From a virus: 60,486 bases of DNA. Shown piece by piece: positions 9,687 through 16,749 of the stretch. The stretch is taken from positions 1-60,486 of IMG/VR virus record IMGVR_UViG_3300012154_000001, one strand, 5' to 3'. The number at the start of each line of letters is the position of its first letter. Position 1 is the first letter of the stretch. The notes under the pieces were generated by a model, which saw nothing but the letters and a program-made list of their open reading frames with translations, was not told the DNA's origin and did not search any database. The translations under genes were made by a program, and so were the position numbers.

Positions 9687-10117
9687 CCCTCGCTGGAATA
9701 TATTACTGCGTCATCACTAATCATGACCTCACCGCCTACAACTTTTCCGGGCACCGAAAACGGGTATACGGAAAGATCAATAGTGCATTCGCCATCGTCC
9801 GTTATGTTATTCCCGGTTCTTCCGTCAACTGCATTCGCGCCGTCAAGAAGCATTTTTTGTTCCTCTGTCCGCAGGCTTCCCCATGTCAATCCTGCGTAAT
9901 TCTTTGCGACTTCTCGCAAAAGATTGTCCGTATCAAGAAAATCCTCCATGCGGCATCCCAGCACCAGCGCAAGTTTATACAGCTTTTCGCCTGACATTCC
10001 CTCGATACGTTTCTGGCCTTGTTCAATATTGCGGATCAGGGAATAGGATACCCCTGCCGCTTTTGCAAGTCCGGACTGGGAGTATCCGGCCCGGATTCTT
10101 AACTCTTGTAATTTCAT
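9683..10117 (-). CDS. XRE-family HTH transcriptional regulator
   Basis: Start at MKLQELR (GAGGTG SD). HTH segment is LRIRAGYSQSGLAKAAGVSYSLIRNIEQG. ATGA overlap with the AP2 gene. Confidence 0.8.
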   Translation of the reverse strand: MKLQELRIRAGYSQSGLAKAAGVSYSLIRNIEQGQKRIEGMSGEKLYKLALVLGCRMEDFLDTDNLLREVAKNYAGLTWGSLRTEEQKMLLDGANAVDGRTGNNITDDGECTIDLSVYPFSVPGKVVGGEVMISDDAVIYSSEG

Positions 10118-10118
10118 A

Positions 10119-10301
10119 TTACACCTCAACCGTTCCGTGAGTGTAATTATTAGTTACACGATCATGATTTGTAGCGAAATACTTATAACCGATTACGCTG
10201 GCACTGTAAGACGTGATTTCGATGTCTTTCATGTTCCTCCCGGTTGCTTTCTTAACAATTCTTTTCATTTCGGTAATTTCTTTTGCTGTTGGTGTTCTCA
10301 T
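10119..10301 (-). CDS. Hypothetical small protein
   Basis: 60 aa with AAAGGAGAA SD. First gene downstream of the 10351-10379 promoter. Confidence 0.45.
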   Translation of the reverse strand: MRTPTAKEITEMKRIVKKATGRNMKDIEITSYSASVIGYKYFATNHDRVTNNYTHGTVEV

Positions 10302-10350
10302 AGTTTTATTCTCCTTTTATTGTGTGTTTTGTGCTCCTTAACTTAATACT

Positions 10351-10379
10351 AGTATAACACTATAGTGTTAGAATGTCAA
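10351..10379 (-). promoter_or_regulatory. Sigma-70-type promoter (TTGACA, 17 nt spacer, TATACT) with a 16-bp perfect palindrome
   Basis: Minus-strand read: TTGACA-TTCTAACACTATAGTGT-TATACT. The palindrome TAACACTATAGTGTTA lies at 10355-10370. Confidence 0.6.
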
Positions 10380-10458
10380 GGGGTTTTTACAAATATTTTA
10401 AACTTTTTTGCATTGAGAAAGAAGAAAAAGACGGGATCGCTTTCCCATCTCCCACCTA

Positions 10459-10487
10459 TCGACAATTTTTCCGCAATCTGTTATAAT
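10459..10487 (+). promoter_or_regulatory. Promoter (TCGACA, 17 nt spacer, TGtTATAAT)
   Basis: Read directly. Extended -10 element, 30 nt upstream of the 10517 gene. Confidence 0.55.
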
Positions 10488-10516
10488 TAGAAAAAAAGAA
10501 AAGGAGAATGCGAAGT

Positions 10517-11158
10517 ATGAAGAAATTAGGAACTATTTTTATTTTGGCATTTGTTTTATTATCAACGCCAGTTATGAATGCGTTTGCCGGATGGGAGAAC
10601 ATTGGTTCTGATTCGTATTACCGCAATGCAGACGGCGAATTGCTCACGGGATGGGTGCTTTTTACGATGGGATGGTTTTATTTTTACGATGATGGAAAAA
10701 TGGCGCATGATACCACTATTGGTGAATATCAAATAGGAAGCAACGGCGTATGGAAAGATCCGAACACACCGCCGCCATTATATTCGGAAATGGGCGTTAA
10801 ATGGGAAATATGCAATGCTGACGGGCAGGATGCGATAAATAAAGGAAAGGCAAACGGAACCGTGGTCTATTATGGCGGGTATTATTGGAAAGCCCATACT
10901 GCCAGTCCAGCAGAAACCGCTTCATCCGTTGGCGCGCCGCCTTATGGGGGAACGTGGTATCGGTGCGGATCGATTGAATTATCCAAACTCTTAAAAGGTC
11001 TATCAGATGGAACAATTGTATATTGTGAAGGGGAATATTGGACAAATGTGCATATCACTGGCGAGGATGTTTATGTGTTGGAGGATTTAGCAACAGTCGA
11101 ATATCAGAAAACATATCAGACATTAACGCCAGAACTATCCCTGTCCCTAAGCAAATAA
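10517..11158 (+). CDS. Secreted protein with wall-binding-type repeats (moron)
   Basis: ATG 10517 lies 10 nt after GGAG. Signal peptide is KKLGTIFILAFVLLSTPVMNAFA. Has GW/YY repeats and an internal duplication (NGTVVYYGGYYW / DGTIVYCEGEYW). Carries its own promoter and terminator. Confidence 0.65.
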   Translation: MKKLGTIFILAFVLLSTPVMNAFAGWENIGSDSYYRNADGELLTGWVLFTMGWFYFYDDGKMAHDTTIGEYQIGSNGVWKDPNTPPPLYSEMGVKWEICNADGQDAINKGKANGTVVYYGGYYWKAHTASPAETASSVGAPPYGGTWYRCGSIELSKLLKGLSDGTIVYCEGEYWTNVHITGEDVYVLEDLATVEYQKTYQTLTPELSLSLSK

Positions 11159-11211
11159 TAGAAAAATAAAGGTATGTTACATATAATAGACCCAAAATTA
11201 TGATAATACAA

Positions 11212-11244
11212 GAGCCGGTGATTAAATTCACTGGCTCATTTTTT
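11212..11244 (+). terminator. Rho-independent terminator
   Basis: GAGCCGGTGA pairs with TCACTGGCTC (one G-U pair), followed by ATTTTTT. Confidence 0.6.
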
Positions 11245-11253
11245 AAAAAGGTA

Positions 11254-11295
11254 TTGACAAGTACTTATAAAGGTGTATAATAGTACTTATAAAGG
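11254..11295 (+). promoter_or_regulatory. Promoter (TTGACA, 16 nt spacer, TATAAT) bracketed by a 14-bp direct-repeat operator
   Basis: AGTACTTATAAAGG occurs at 11260-11273 and again at 11282-11295, 22 bp apart, flanking the -10 element. Confidence 0.6.
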
Positions 11296-11305
11296 AGGTG
11301 ATAAT

Positions 11306-11461
11306 ATGTCGCCAAAGCAGATAGAGAACACCGAAAGAGTGAGTACTTATATCAGAAAGGAGCATTTGGAATCCTTAAAGATTAAGGCAATGGAGAGGGG
11401 GTTAAATGTATCAAGCTTGATCAGAATGCTGATCGTAGAGTATTTGAATGAAAAGAAATAG
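11306..11461 (+). CDS. Ribbon-helix-helix (Arc/CopG-like) repressor
   Basis: 51 aa, AAAGGAGGTG SD. RVSTYIRKEHLESLKIKAMERGLNVSSLIRMLIVEYL fits a strand-helix-helix pattern. Confidence 0.65.
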   Translation: MSPKQIENTERVSTYIRKEHLESLKIKAMERGLNVSSLIRMLIVEYLNEKK

Positions 11462-11579
11462 GACACTTGTCGCCTGGTAAGCATAAACAAATGTCCCGAT
11501 GTGAGATCTCTCTCGTAAATATTATAACACGAGCAGGGATCTCCTGTCAAAGCACAAATTTGAAAGGAGATTTTTTATT

Positions 11580-12398
11580 ATGAACGAGCTACAGATTTTT
11601 AACAATCCGGAGTTTGGAGAAGTGAGAACAGTGGAAATTGATAATGAGGCATGGTTTGTCGGCAGGGATATCGCGTTGGCCTTGGGTTACGTAAAGCCTT
11701 ATGATGCTGTGGTGCGGCATGTGGATTCAGAGGATACCCTGAAACGGGGTATACCTCATCCGCAGAGTATCAGTAAAACAATCGATACAATTCTCATTAA
11801 TGAATCCGGCATGTATGCCCTTATCATCATGAGTGAATTGCCCAGCGCCAAGAAATTCAAGCGTTGGGTCACCGCCGAAGTACTTCCGGCCATCCGCAAA
11901 CAAGGAGGCTATAATCTCCCGCAGCTTACACAAGCCGAAATGATGTTGCAAATGGCGCGGAACACGGTAGAACTTGAACGAAAGTTAGAAGCACAGGGGC
12001 AACTGCTGGAAATCCAAGATCAGCGCCTTGCCGTCATTGAGCAGACAGCGCAGGAATCAGCGACGAAGCTGGAAACCACATTGAAAGTGTTTGCAAACCC
12101 GAGTATTGACCACTGGAGCGCTGATATGAACGGCGCAATCAATGTGATGGTAGCGACATATCATTTAAGCCCGGTCAAGTTTCGGGGAATGATATACAAA
12201 GAACTGGAGGAAAGCTCCGGCATCCTGTTGGGCAGCCGCTTAATCCGTCGCAGAAAAGATATGGTGAGGCGAGGAGCTACTAAAACCGAAGCGAAAACAT
12301 TGACAAAAATGGATGTTATCAGCAAGGATAAACAATTGCGGCAGATTTTTGAGGGAATAGTTAAAAAACATCAAGCCATACATGGCGTGCAGAGATGA
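11580..12398 (+). CDS. Bro-N domain antirepressor
   Basis: N-terminal motifs ELQIFNNPEFGEVRTVEIDNEAWFVGRDIALALGY and KRWVTAEVLPAIRKQG. Confidence 0.85.
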   Translation: MNELQIFNNPEFGEVRTVEIDNEAWFVGRDIALALGYVKPYDAVVRHVDSEDTLKRGIPHPQSISKTIDTILINESGMYALIIMSELPSAKKFKRWVTAEVLPAIRKQGGYNLPQLTQAEMMLQMARNTVELERKLEAQGQLLEIQDQRLAVIEQTAQESATKLETTLKVFANPSIDHWSADMNGAINVMVATYHLSPVKFRGMIYKELEESSGILLGSRLIRRRKDMVRRGATKTEAKTLTKMDVISKDKQLRQIFEGIVKKHQAIHGVQR

Positions 12399-12413
12399 AG
12401 GGAGATATAAATC

Positions 12414-12539
12414 ATGGCAGAACATAAGGAGTACATCAAGTTAATTATGGAAATATTAGAGAGAACTAATAATGTGACACTGACAAGGTGCGCGTACTAC
12501 TTTGTGAGAAGCATGTGCGGAGGAGGTAAAAAATTATGA
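12414..12539 (+). CDS. Micro-protein (41 aa), paralog A
   Basis: Not in the ORF track. GGAG SD. MAEHKEYIKLIMEILERTNNVTLTRCAYYFVRSMCGGGKKL. ATGA coupling to the next gene. Confidence 0.45.
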   Translation: MAEHKEYIKLIMEILERTNNVTLTRCAYYFVRSMCGGGKKL

Positions 12540-12667
12540 CCGAACGCGAAACGTACATTAAATCAATCGTGAATTACTTAGAAAGAATTGGCAGCGATAC
12601 ATTCGTGAGGCGCGTATATGTTCTTGTAAAAAGCGTATACACACAGAAGAGCAGTAAGGTGTCATGA
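12536..12667 (+). CDS. Micro-protein (43 aa), paralog B
   Basis: Not in the ORF track. GGAGGAGG SD. MTERETYIKSIVNYLERIGSDTFVRRVYVLVKSVYTQKSSKVS. Shares YIK.I...LER...T..R..Y..V.S with paralog A. Confidence 0.45.
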   Translation: MTERETYIKSIVNYLERIGSDTFVRRVYVLVKSVYTQKSSKVS

Positions 12668-12987
12668 AAAATAAGAGCGAAGCGAAAGGAGACAAAATGA
12701 CAAGGATGGAAAAATTAGAGATGGAGAATCTGGTATTAAAAAACATTCTGGATTGCATTTCAGAAAGTCTTGACGAATTAAAGAGCGCTGATTACGACAA
12801 AGATGGATATATTCTTTTTGCCGGTAGGGTAACAGCACACATTGAAAAGTATCCCGACTGCGCCAAGTTCGCCCTTGATAATGGGTATACCCTGGATTAT
12901 AGAAATTCTGCCTTTTTTAAGAATCAGCCGGACGGTCTGCCCGTTGTACTGTATCCGGTGAGTGCTGGCAAGAGAAAAACGAAATAG
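12664..12987 (+). CDS. Hypothetical protein
   Basis: 107 aa, ATGA-coupled. An alternative start at 12697 has an AAAGGAG SD. Confidence 0.5.
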   Translation: MKNKSEAKGDKMTRMEKLEMENLVLKNILDCISESLDELKSADYDKDGYILFAGRVTAHIEKYPDCAKFALDNGYTLDYRNSAFFKNQPDGLPVVLYPVSAGKRKTK

Positions 12988-13147
12988 ATTCAGACGCAAG
13001 AGGCTTCCTTGATATAGGAGGTCTCTTTTTTTATTGCATTTTTCTAACGCTTTTTCCAAACTTTATAAGCATTATTCAAATGCTTTTCTTTCCCCGAAAT
13101 CCCTTAAAATTACCATATAAGAAATGAACGTGACGGGAGGTTTCAGC

Positions 13148-13306
13148 GTGATTGACAAATTAGACGAAGCCTTGACAGATTTAACAGAAATGACACTTGA
13201 TGCAATCAAAGAAGCCAAGGAAAAGAAGCATTTCAGCAAGGATTTTATTGAAGCTGCATGCATCGTTTTGTCAATGAGCTACGGGAGGTTTGGAGATGGT
13301 AAGTAA
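13148..13306 (+). CDS. Hypothetical small protein (cargo operon gene 1)
   Basis: GTG 13148 lies 7 nt after GGGAGG. ATG 13124 is an alternative start. Confidence 0.4.
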   Translation: MIDKLDEALTDLTEMTLDAIKEAKEKKHFSKDFIEAACIVLSMSYGRFGDGK

Positions 13307-13541
13307 CTTGATTCAGCCGCCAGCACCCAAGAATGCAACTGCCGGCAAAAAAGAGAATAGCGACAGCCATTCAGTCACCGCCGGGAACTGCGCCAGGCTT
13401 TTTGTAAATGGGATGGGCGATGCGCAGCGGGAACGCTTCAAATTAATGCTGCAAAGCGGTGTTCAGTGCGGCGAGAGTGTTGCCAGAAGCTACGGCGTGC
13501 CGCTGGGCGACTTTATGGCGGAGGTACGGAAAATTATATGA
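13296..13541 (+). CDS. Hypothetical protein (cargo operon)
   Basis: ATG 13296 lies 7 nt after GGGAGG and overlaps the previous gene. Confidence 0.45.
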   Translation: MVSNLIQPPAPKNATAGKKENSDSHSVTAGNCARLFVNGMGDAQRERFKLMLQSGVQCGESVARSYGVPLGDFMAEVRKII

Positions 13542-13702
13542 GTGAAAAGCAGTTTGTTGACCGGATGATGCGAATCGGATACAAAGAAGCAGAGGCGGAG
13601 GATATGTTTGATTTCTATCTATCTATTGATTGCGCGGACAATCTAAATGTTTTTGCATTGATTGGAGAAATATCTATGGGATTACAGGAGGGGCATGAAT
13701 GA
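13538..13702 (+). CDS. Hypothetical small protein (cargo operon)
   Basis: ATGA coupling; 54 aa. Confidence 0.4.
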   Translation: MSEKQFVDRMMRIGYKEAEAEDMFDFYLSIDCADNLNVFALIGEISMGLQEGHE

Positions 13703-14121
13703 ATTATTCTTTTGAAAATGGGACCATAAACAGTTATCCAACCCGCGTTATCGCCGGGAGGGATATCCTGGAATTTCAATCAAATCAGCAGGTCCTGATA
13801 GGTCACACACTTGAGTATTGCAACGAACTCGAATCAACGCTAAATGAGGCCATATCAAAGGCAGAGGGGTTCTATAATCGCCTTGTGGAGCTGGGCGACA
13901 TTATACCGCCGAAGTCAGCAGAAGAGTTGTTGCAGGAGCAGGCAATACAGCAACAGGAAATCAATGCAACCCTTCTGGCAACCATTCAAAAACTATCTGA
14001 CAAAATAACTAAAATGGAGGAAAAAGATGGACTTAAATTCATTGGTGAGGACAGTAAGCAAAGTGAGCAAAAACGCAGCAGCAAGGATACAGTCAAACCC
14101 CGAAAGCAAACAGATGCTTGA
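13699..14121 (+). CDS. Hypothetical coiled-coil protein (cargo operon)
   Basis: 140 aa, ATGA coupling. The 3' end overlaps the next ORF by 95 nt. Confidence 0.45.
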   Translation: MNYSFENGTINSYPTRVIAGRDILEFQSNQQVLIGHTLEYCNELESTLNEAISKAEGFYNRLVELGDIIPPKSAEELLQEQAIQQQEINATLLATIQKLSDKITKMEEKDGLKFIGEDSKQSEQKRSSKDTVKPRKQTDA

Positions 14122-14431
14122 TCAGGCGATCCAGGGAGCAAAGCAGTTCGGGAGTAGCGAAGAGGGATTGTATAGGGCCATTGATGCCGTTGGTGGTGCA
14201 CCCATGGTCAACAGGATATCAACTATACTGGATCGCAATCCCGCCGTCAAAATAGCTGTTAATGGCATTTTATCGAGTAACGGCCTAAGTCTTAACAAGA
14301 TAAAAGATCGATTCCAGGAATCGCAATATAGACAAGCGCCATCTAATTTCAGCACGAACCAGTCTTTTCCCACTCGGCAGGCAGGTGCTCCAGCAAATTC
14401 GTATCGCGAGAAGCTTGACAGAATGAAATGA
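14027..14431 (+). CDS. Hypothetical protein (cargo operon)
   Basis: 134 aa, with a strong GGAGGAAAAAG SD just before the ATG. Confidence 0.45.
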   Translation: MDLNSLVRTVSKVSKNAAARIQSNPESKQMLDQAIQGAKQFGSSEEGLYRAIDAVGGAPMVNRISTILDRNPAVKIAVNGILSSNGLSLNKIKDRFQESQYRQAPSNFSTNQSFPTRQAGAPANSYREKLDRMK

Positions 14432-14490
14432 AACAAATGTTTATAGGCTTTTGCCTTTAACATATAAAATCATGAAAGGAGATAAAAAAC

Positions 14491-15057
14491 ATGGCAAGTT
14501 ATAGTATTGAAAATGACTCCATTGGCGGAGGTGGCCTCGGTTGGGGACTCGGCGGCGGTGGTGGTCTGGGATTTCTGATCATTATTTTGTTATTCTTCGC
14601 TTGCTTTTCCGGCGGTGGGTTATTTGGCGGCCGTTGCGGCGAAGGACATAATCATGATCGCGACTTCGATGAAGTTCGCAGCCGGTTTACGAACCCATGC
14701 TGCTGCGTAAGCAATTGTCAGATTGATAAGGATGTTGTCACGTCCAGGGATGCCGGTATCATCGAGCAGAACAAAATTTACGAAAAGAATCTGGAAAGAA
14801 AGCTGCTTGAAAAAGACATGGTTATCCAGGAGCAGAAGAATCAGCTGTTTGTCAGCGGCATGTTCGCAGAGCTTCAGGAGAATCTGAACGCTAAATTCGG
14901 CTGTCTGGAAAAGGAGATCGAACGTAAACCAAACGCAGTGCCGCATTTTGTAAAAACGGTCGATTCTTGTGTACAACCACAGATGAATTGCTTTGATCGA
15001 TTCCGTGAATTTAACGGGCGCGATAGAGGCAGGGATGATGACTGCGGCTGGTGCTAA
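14491..15057 (+). CDS. Gly-rich membrane protein with Cys-rich coiled-coil tail (YjcZ-like N-terminus)
   Basis: The N-terminus GGGGLGWGLGGGGGLGFLIIILLFFACFSGGGLFGG resembles YjcZ-type sporulation peptides. Has a CCC cluster and a C-terminal CGWC. Confidence 0.5.
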   Translation: MASYSIENDSIGGGGLGWGLGGGGGLGFLIIILLFFACFSGGGLFGGRCGEGHNHDRDFDEVRSRFTNPCCCVSNCQIDKDVVTSRDAGIIEQNKIYEKNLERKLLEKDMVIQEQKNQLFVSGMFAELQENLNAKFGCLEKEIERKPNAVPHFVKTVDSCVQPQMNCFDRFREFNGRDRGRDDDCGWC

Positions 15058-15143
15058 TACCGGAAATTAAATAATTCGTTTTGCCGTCGTAAAGGCTTCA
15101 CAGGGCGGCATGATGTCGCTCTGTTTTTTTAGGAGGTGAATAA

Positions 15144-15341
15144 ATGCCATTGCTTCAAGTTTTAGGGTTGTTATACGCCGGAACACTAATTGAGAATCCG
15201 GAAAAAAGAAAGAAATTTATAGGAATCATAAACGGCGCAAGCGTAAGTATTGAAAAAGCTGTGAATGGATTCATGGGCAAAGGCGGTGTTGCGGATGAGC
15301 CGACCGTGGTTTCAGGCGAAGAAACAACCGATTACCGATAA
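15144..15341 (+). CDS. Hypothetical small protein (cargo operon)
   Basis: 65 aa with a GGAGGTGA SD. Confidence 0.45.
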   Translation: MPLLQVLGLLYAGTLIENPEKRKKFIGIINGASVSIEKAVNGFMGKGGVADEPTVVSGEETTDYR

Positions 15342-15543
15342 CGAGATTGCTATACGCAGCTCTGTGGGCGCCTGGTGGGGATCTCTTTTGACCGCCGCAA
15401 TTCTAACCGTCGCGGTGAATAATCTGTTGATTAACATGAGAACCCTTGAATTAACAAAAGAAAATCTTGAAAACACAAGGCGTAACGCTTTAAATACTGC
15501 CGAAATGATTGAACAACTTAAACAAATAAATCAAAAAATTTAA
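15265..15543 (+). CDS. Hypothetical TM + coiled-coil protein, start uncertain
   Basis: TM segment is WWGSLLTAAILTVAVNNLLI. Candidate starts are 15295 (ATG) and 15364 (GTG). Overlaps the previous ORF. Confidence 0.3.
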   Translation: MDSWAKAVLRMSRPWFQAKKQPITDNEIAIRSSVGAWWGSLLTAAILTVAVNNLLINMRTLELTKENLENTRRNALNTAEMIEQLKQINQKI

Positions 15544-15555
15544 AGGAGAATAAAA

Positions 15556-15951
15556 ATGAGTGCATGCAAAAATTGCTTTACGAAACTTGTATCAACCGCT
15601 ATCGCTGTAGTCGGTACAAATTTACAAATCACCGTAACCGGCCCCACGGCCTTGGAACCAAGCACAAAATACTGTCTGGTATTGACATCCCCATTACCGG
15701 AAGCCGGAGAAAACCTCCCGGTCACGATATTATTGGCGGGGGGAACCGTCGCCATCCCGCTGCTCAAAACTGTTTGTAGAATCACAACGAGCTGCGGAAA
15801 AACAGCCCAATGCACATTTGGCGATCAGGAATTCGGGATTGATCTGCCGGAGCGTGGCCGCACAAGAATCCCGCTGTACTTGAATAACAACATGGCCGAT
15901 TTCTTCGACCTTCGCGGAGTGGAACATTTGCGCAGATGCCGGGAGGTGTAA
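15556..15951 (+). CDS. Hypothetical Cys-bearing, probably beta-rich protein (cargo operon)
   Basis: 131 aa with AAAGGAGAA SD and an N-terminal CKNC pair. No recognisable family. Confidence 0.5.
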   Translation: MSACKNCFTKLVSTAIAVVGTNLQITVTGPTALEPSTKYCLVLTSPLPEAGENLPVTILLAGGTVAIPLLKTVCRITTSCGKTAQCTFGDQEFGIDLPERGRTRIPLYLNNNMADFFDLRGVEHLRRCREV

Positions 15952-15954
15952 ACT

Positions 15955-16155
15955 ATGTACACGCAGAAATATATCGAAAAATTAGATATGGCCATTGATG
16001 AATTGGTTAGGTCGGAGTCCAAGGGGCTTACCAAGGCGGAACACGATCTGCACGTGTTGTTAGAAAACAGAAAGCATATCGAGAGATGGAAAGAGATGCA
16101 GAGCGGCACACATAAAGAGATGATGGACGGCAACCCGCGGACATCTTATTTCTAA
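15955..16155 (+). CDS. Hypothetical helical protein (cargo operon)
   Basis: 66 aa, tightly packed after the previous gene. Confidence 0.45.
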   Translation: MYTQKYIEKLDMAIDELVRSESKGLTKAEHDLHVLLENRKHIERWKEMQSGTHKEMMDGNPRTSYF

Positions 16156-16167
16156 GGAGGTAGAAAA

Positions 16168-16716
16168 ATGGTCAATAAAGCCGACTGCATAAGACAGATT
16201 CAGAATACCGTGAATTATCTGTATGCATTTGAAGAATTTGAAAATACAGCGTTTGTCAAGGCCTTATCCTTGGGAATTCAGGGTAAGAAACGAGAGGCAC
16301 GCATGGAAGGTACCAATGATGAAAACATTCGAAAATACCTGCAATCAGAAGCGTTCGATTTGTTCGAGGTTGAGATTTATCCTCAGAAATCAAATGCGTC
16401 GTTTCCGAACGTCAATAGTGTCGAAACATTTCTGGCGGAATACCGGAATGGGCTGTGGGATATGTACTGGAAGATCACGGAGAGCGCGAATATGTTTGCG
16501 GCCCCGCTCTGTCTTAGGGATTTGGCCTGCCCATTATATGAGCGCGCCAGCTGCATCAAGTGCGCCATTGTGGACCTGAACCGCAAGATCAAGAGATATG
16601 CCGATATGAAAGCACAGGGGACTGCCCTGCATGATCTCTACATCTACGAGACAACAGAATACAATAATCACGATGCAGCAGAGAAAAAAGAAGCAAAAAT
16701 GGGATACAAATATTAA
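16168..16716 (+). CDS. Hypothetical protein (last gene of cargo operon)
   Basis: 182 aa with a GGAGGT SD. Followed by a hairpin. Confidence 0.5.
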   Translation: MVNKADCIRQIQNTVNYLYAFEEFENTAFVKALSLGIQGKKREARMEGTNDENIRKYLQSEAFDLFEVEIYPQKSNASFPNVNSVETFLAEYRNGLWDMYWKITESANMFAAPLCLRDLACPLYERASCIKCAIVDLNRKIKRYADMKAQGTALHDLYIYETTEYNNHDAAEKKEAKMGYKY

Positions 16717-16721
16717 AAAAT

Positions 16722-16749
16722 CCCCGGTGGCAAGCCGGGGTTAATCTTT
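16722..16749 (+). terminator. Hairpin terminator (weak U-tract)
   Basis: CCCCGG-TGGCAAG-CCGGGG followed by TTAATCTTT. Confidence 0.45.

Noticed and set aside
9683-10301. Toxin-antitoxin pair (HicA- or HigB-like small protein upstream of an XRE antitoxin).
   Set aside because: The 60-aa product shows no HicA (GSH) or RelE/HigB-type motif that I can recognise. The XRE gene is translationally linked to the AP2 gene instead.
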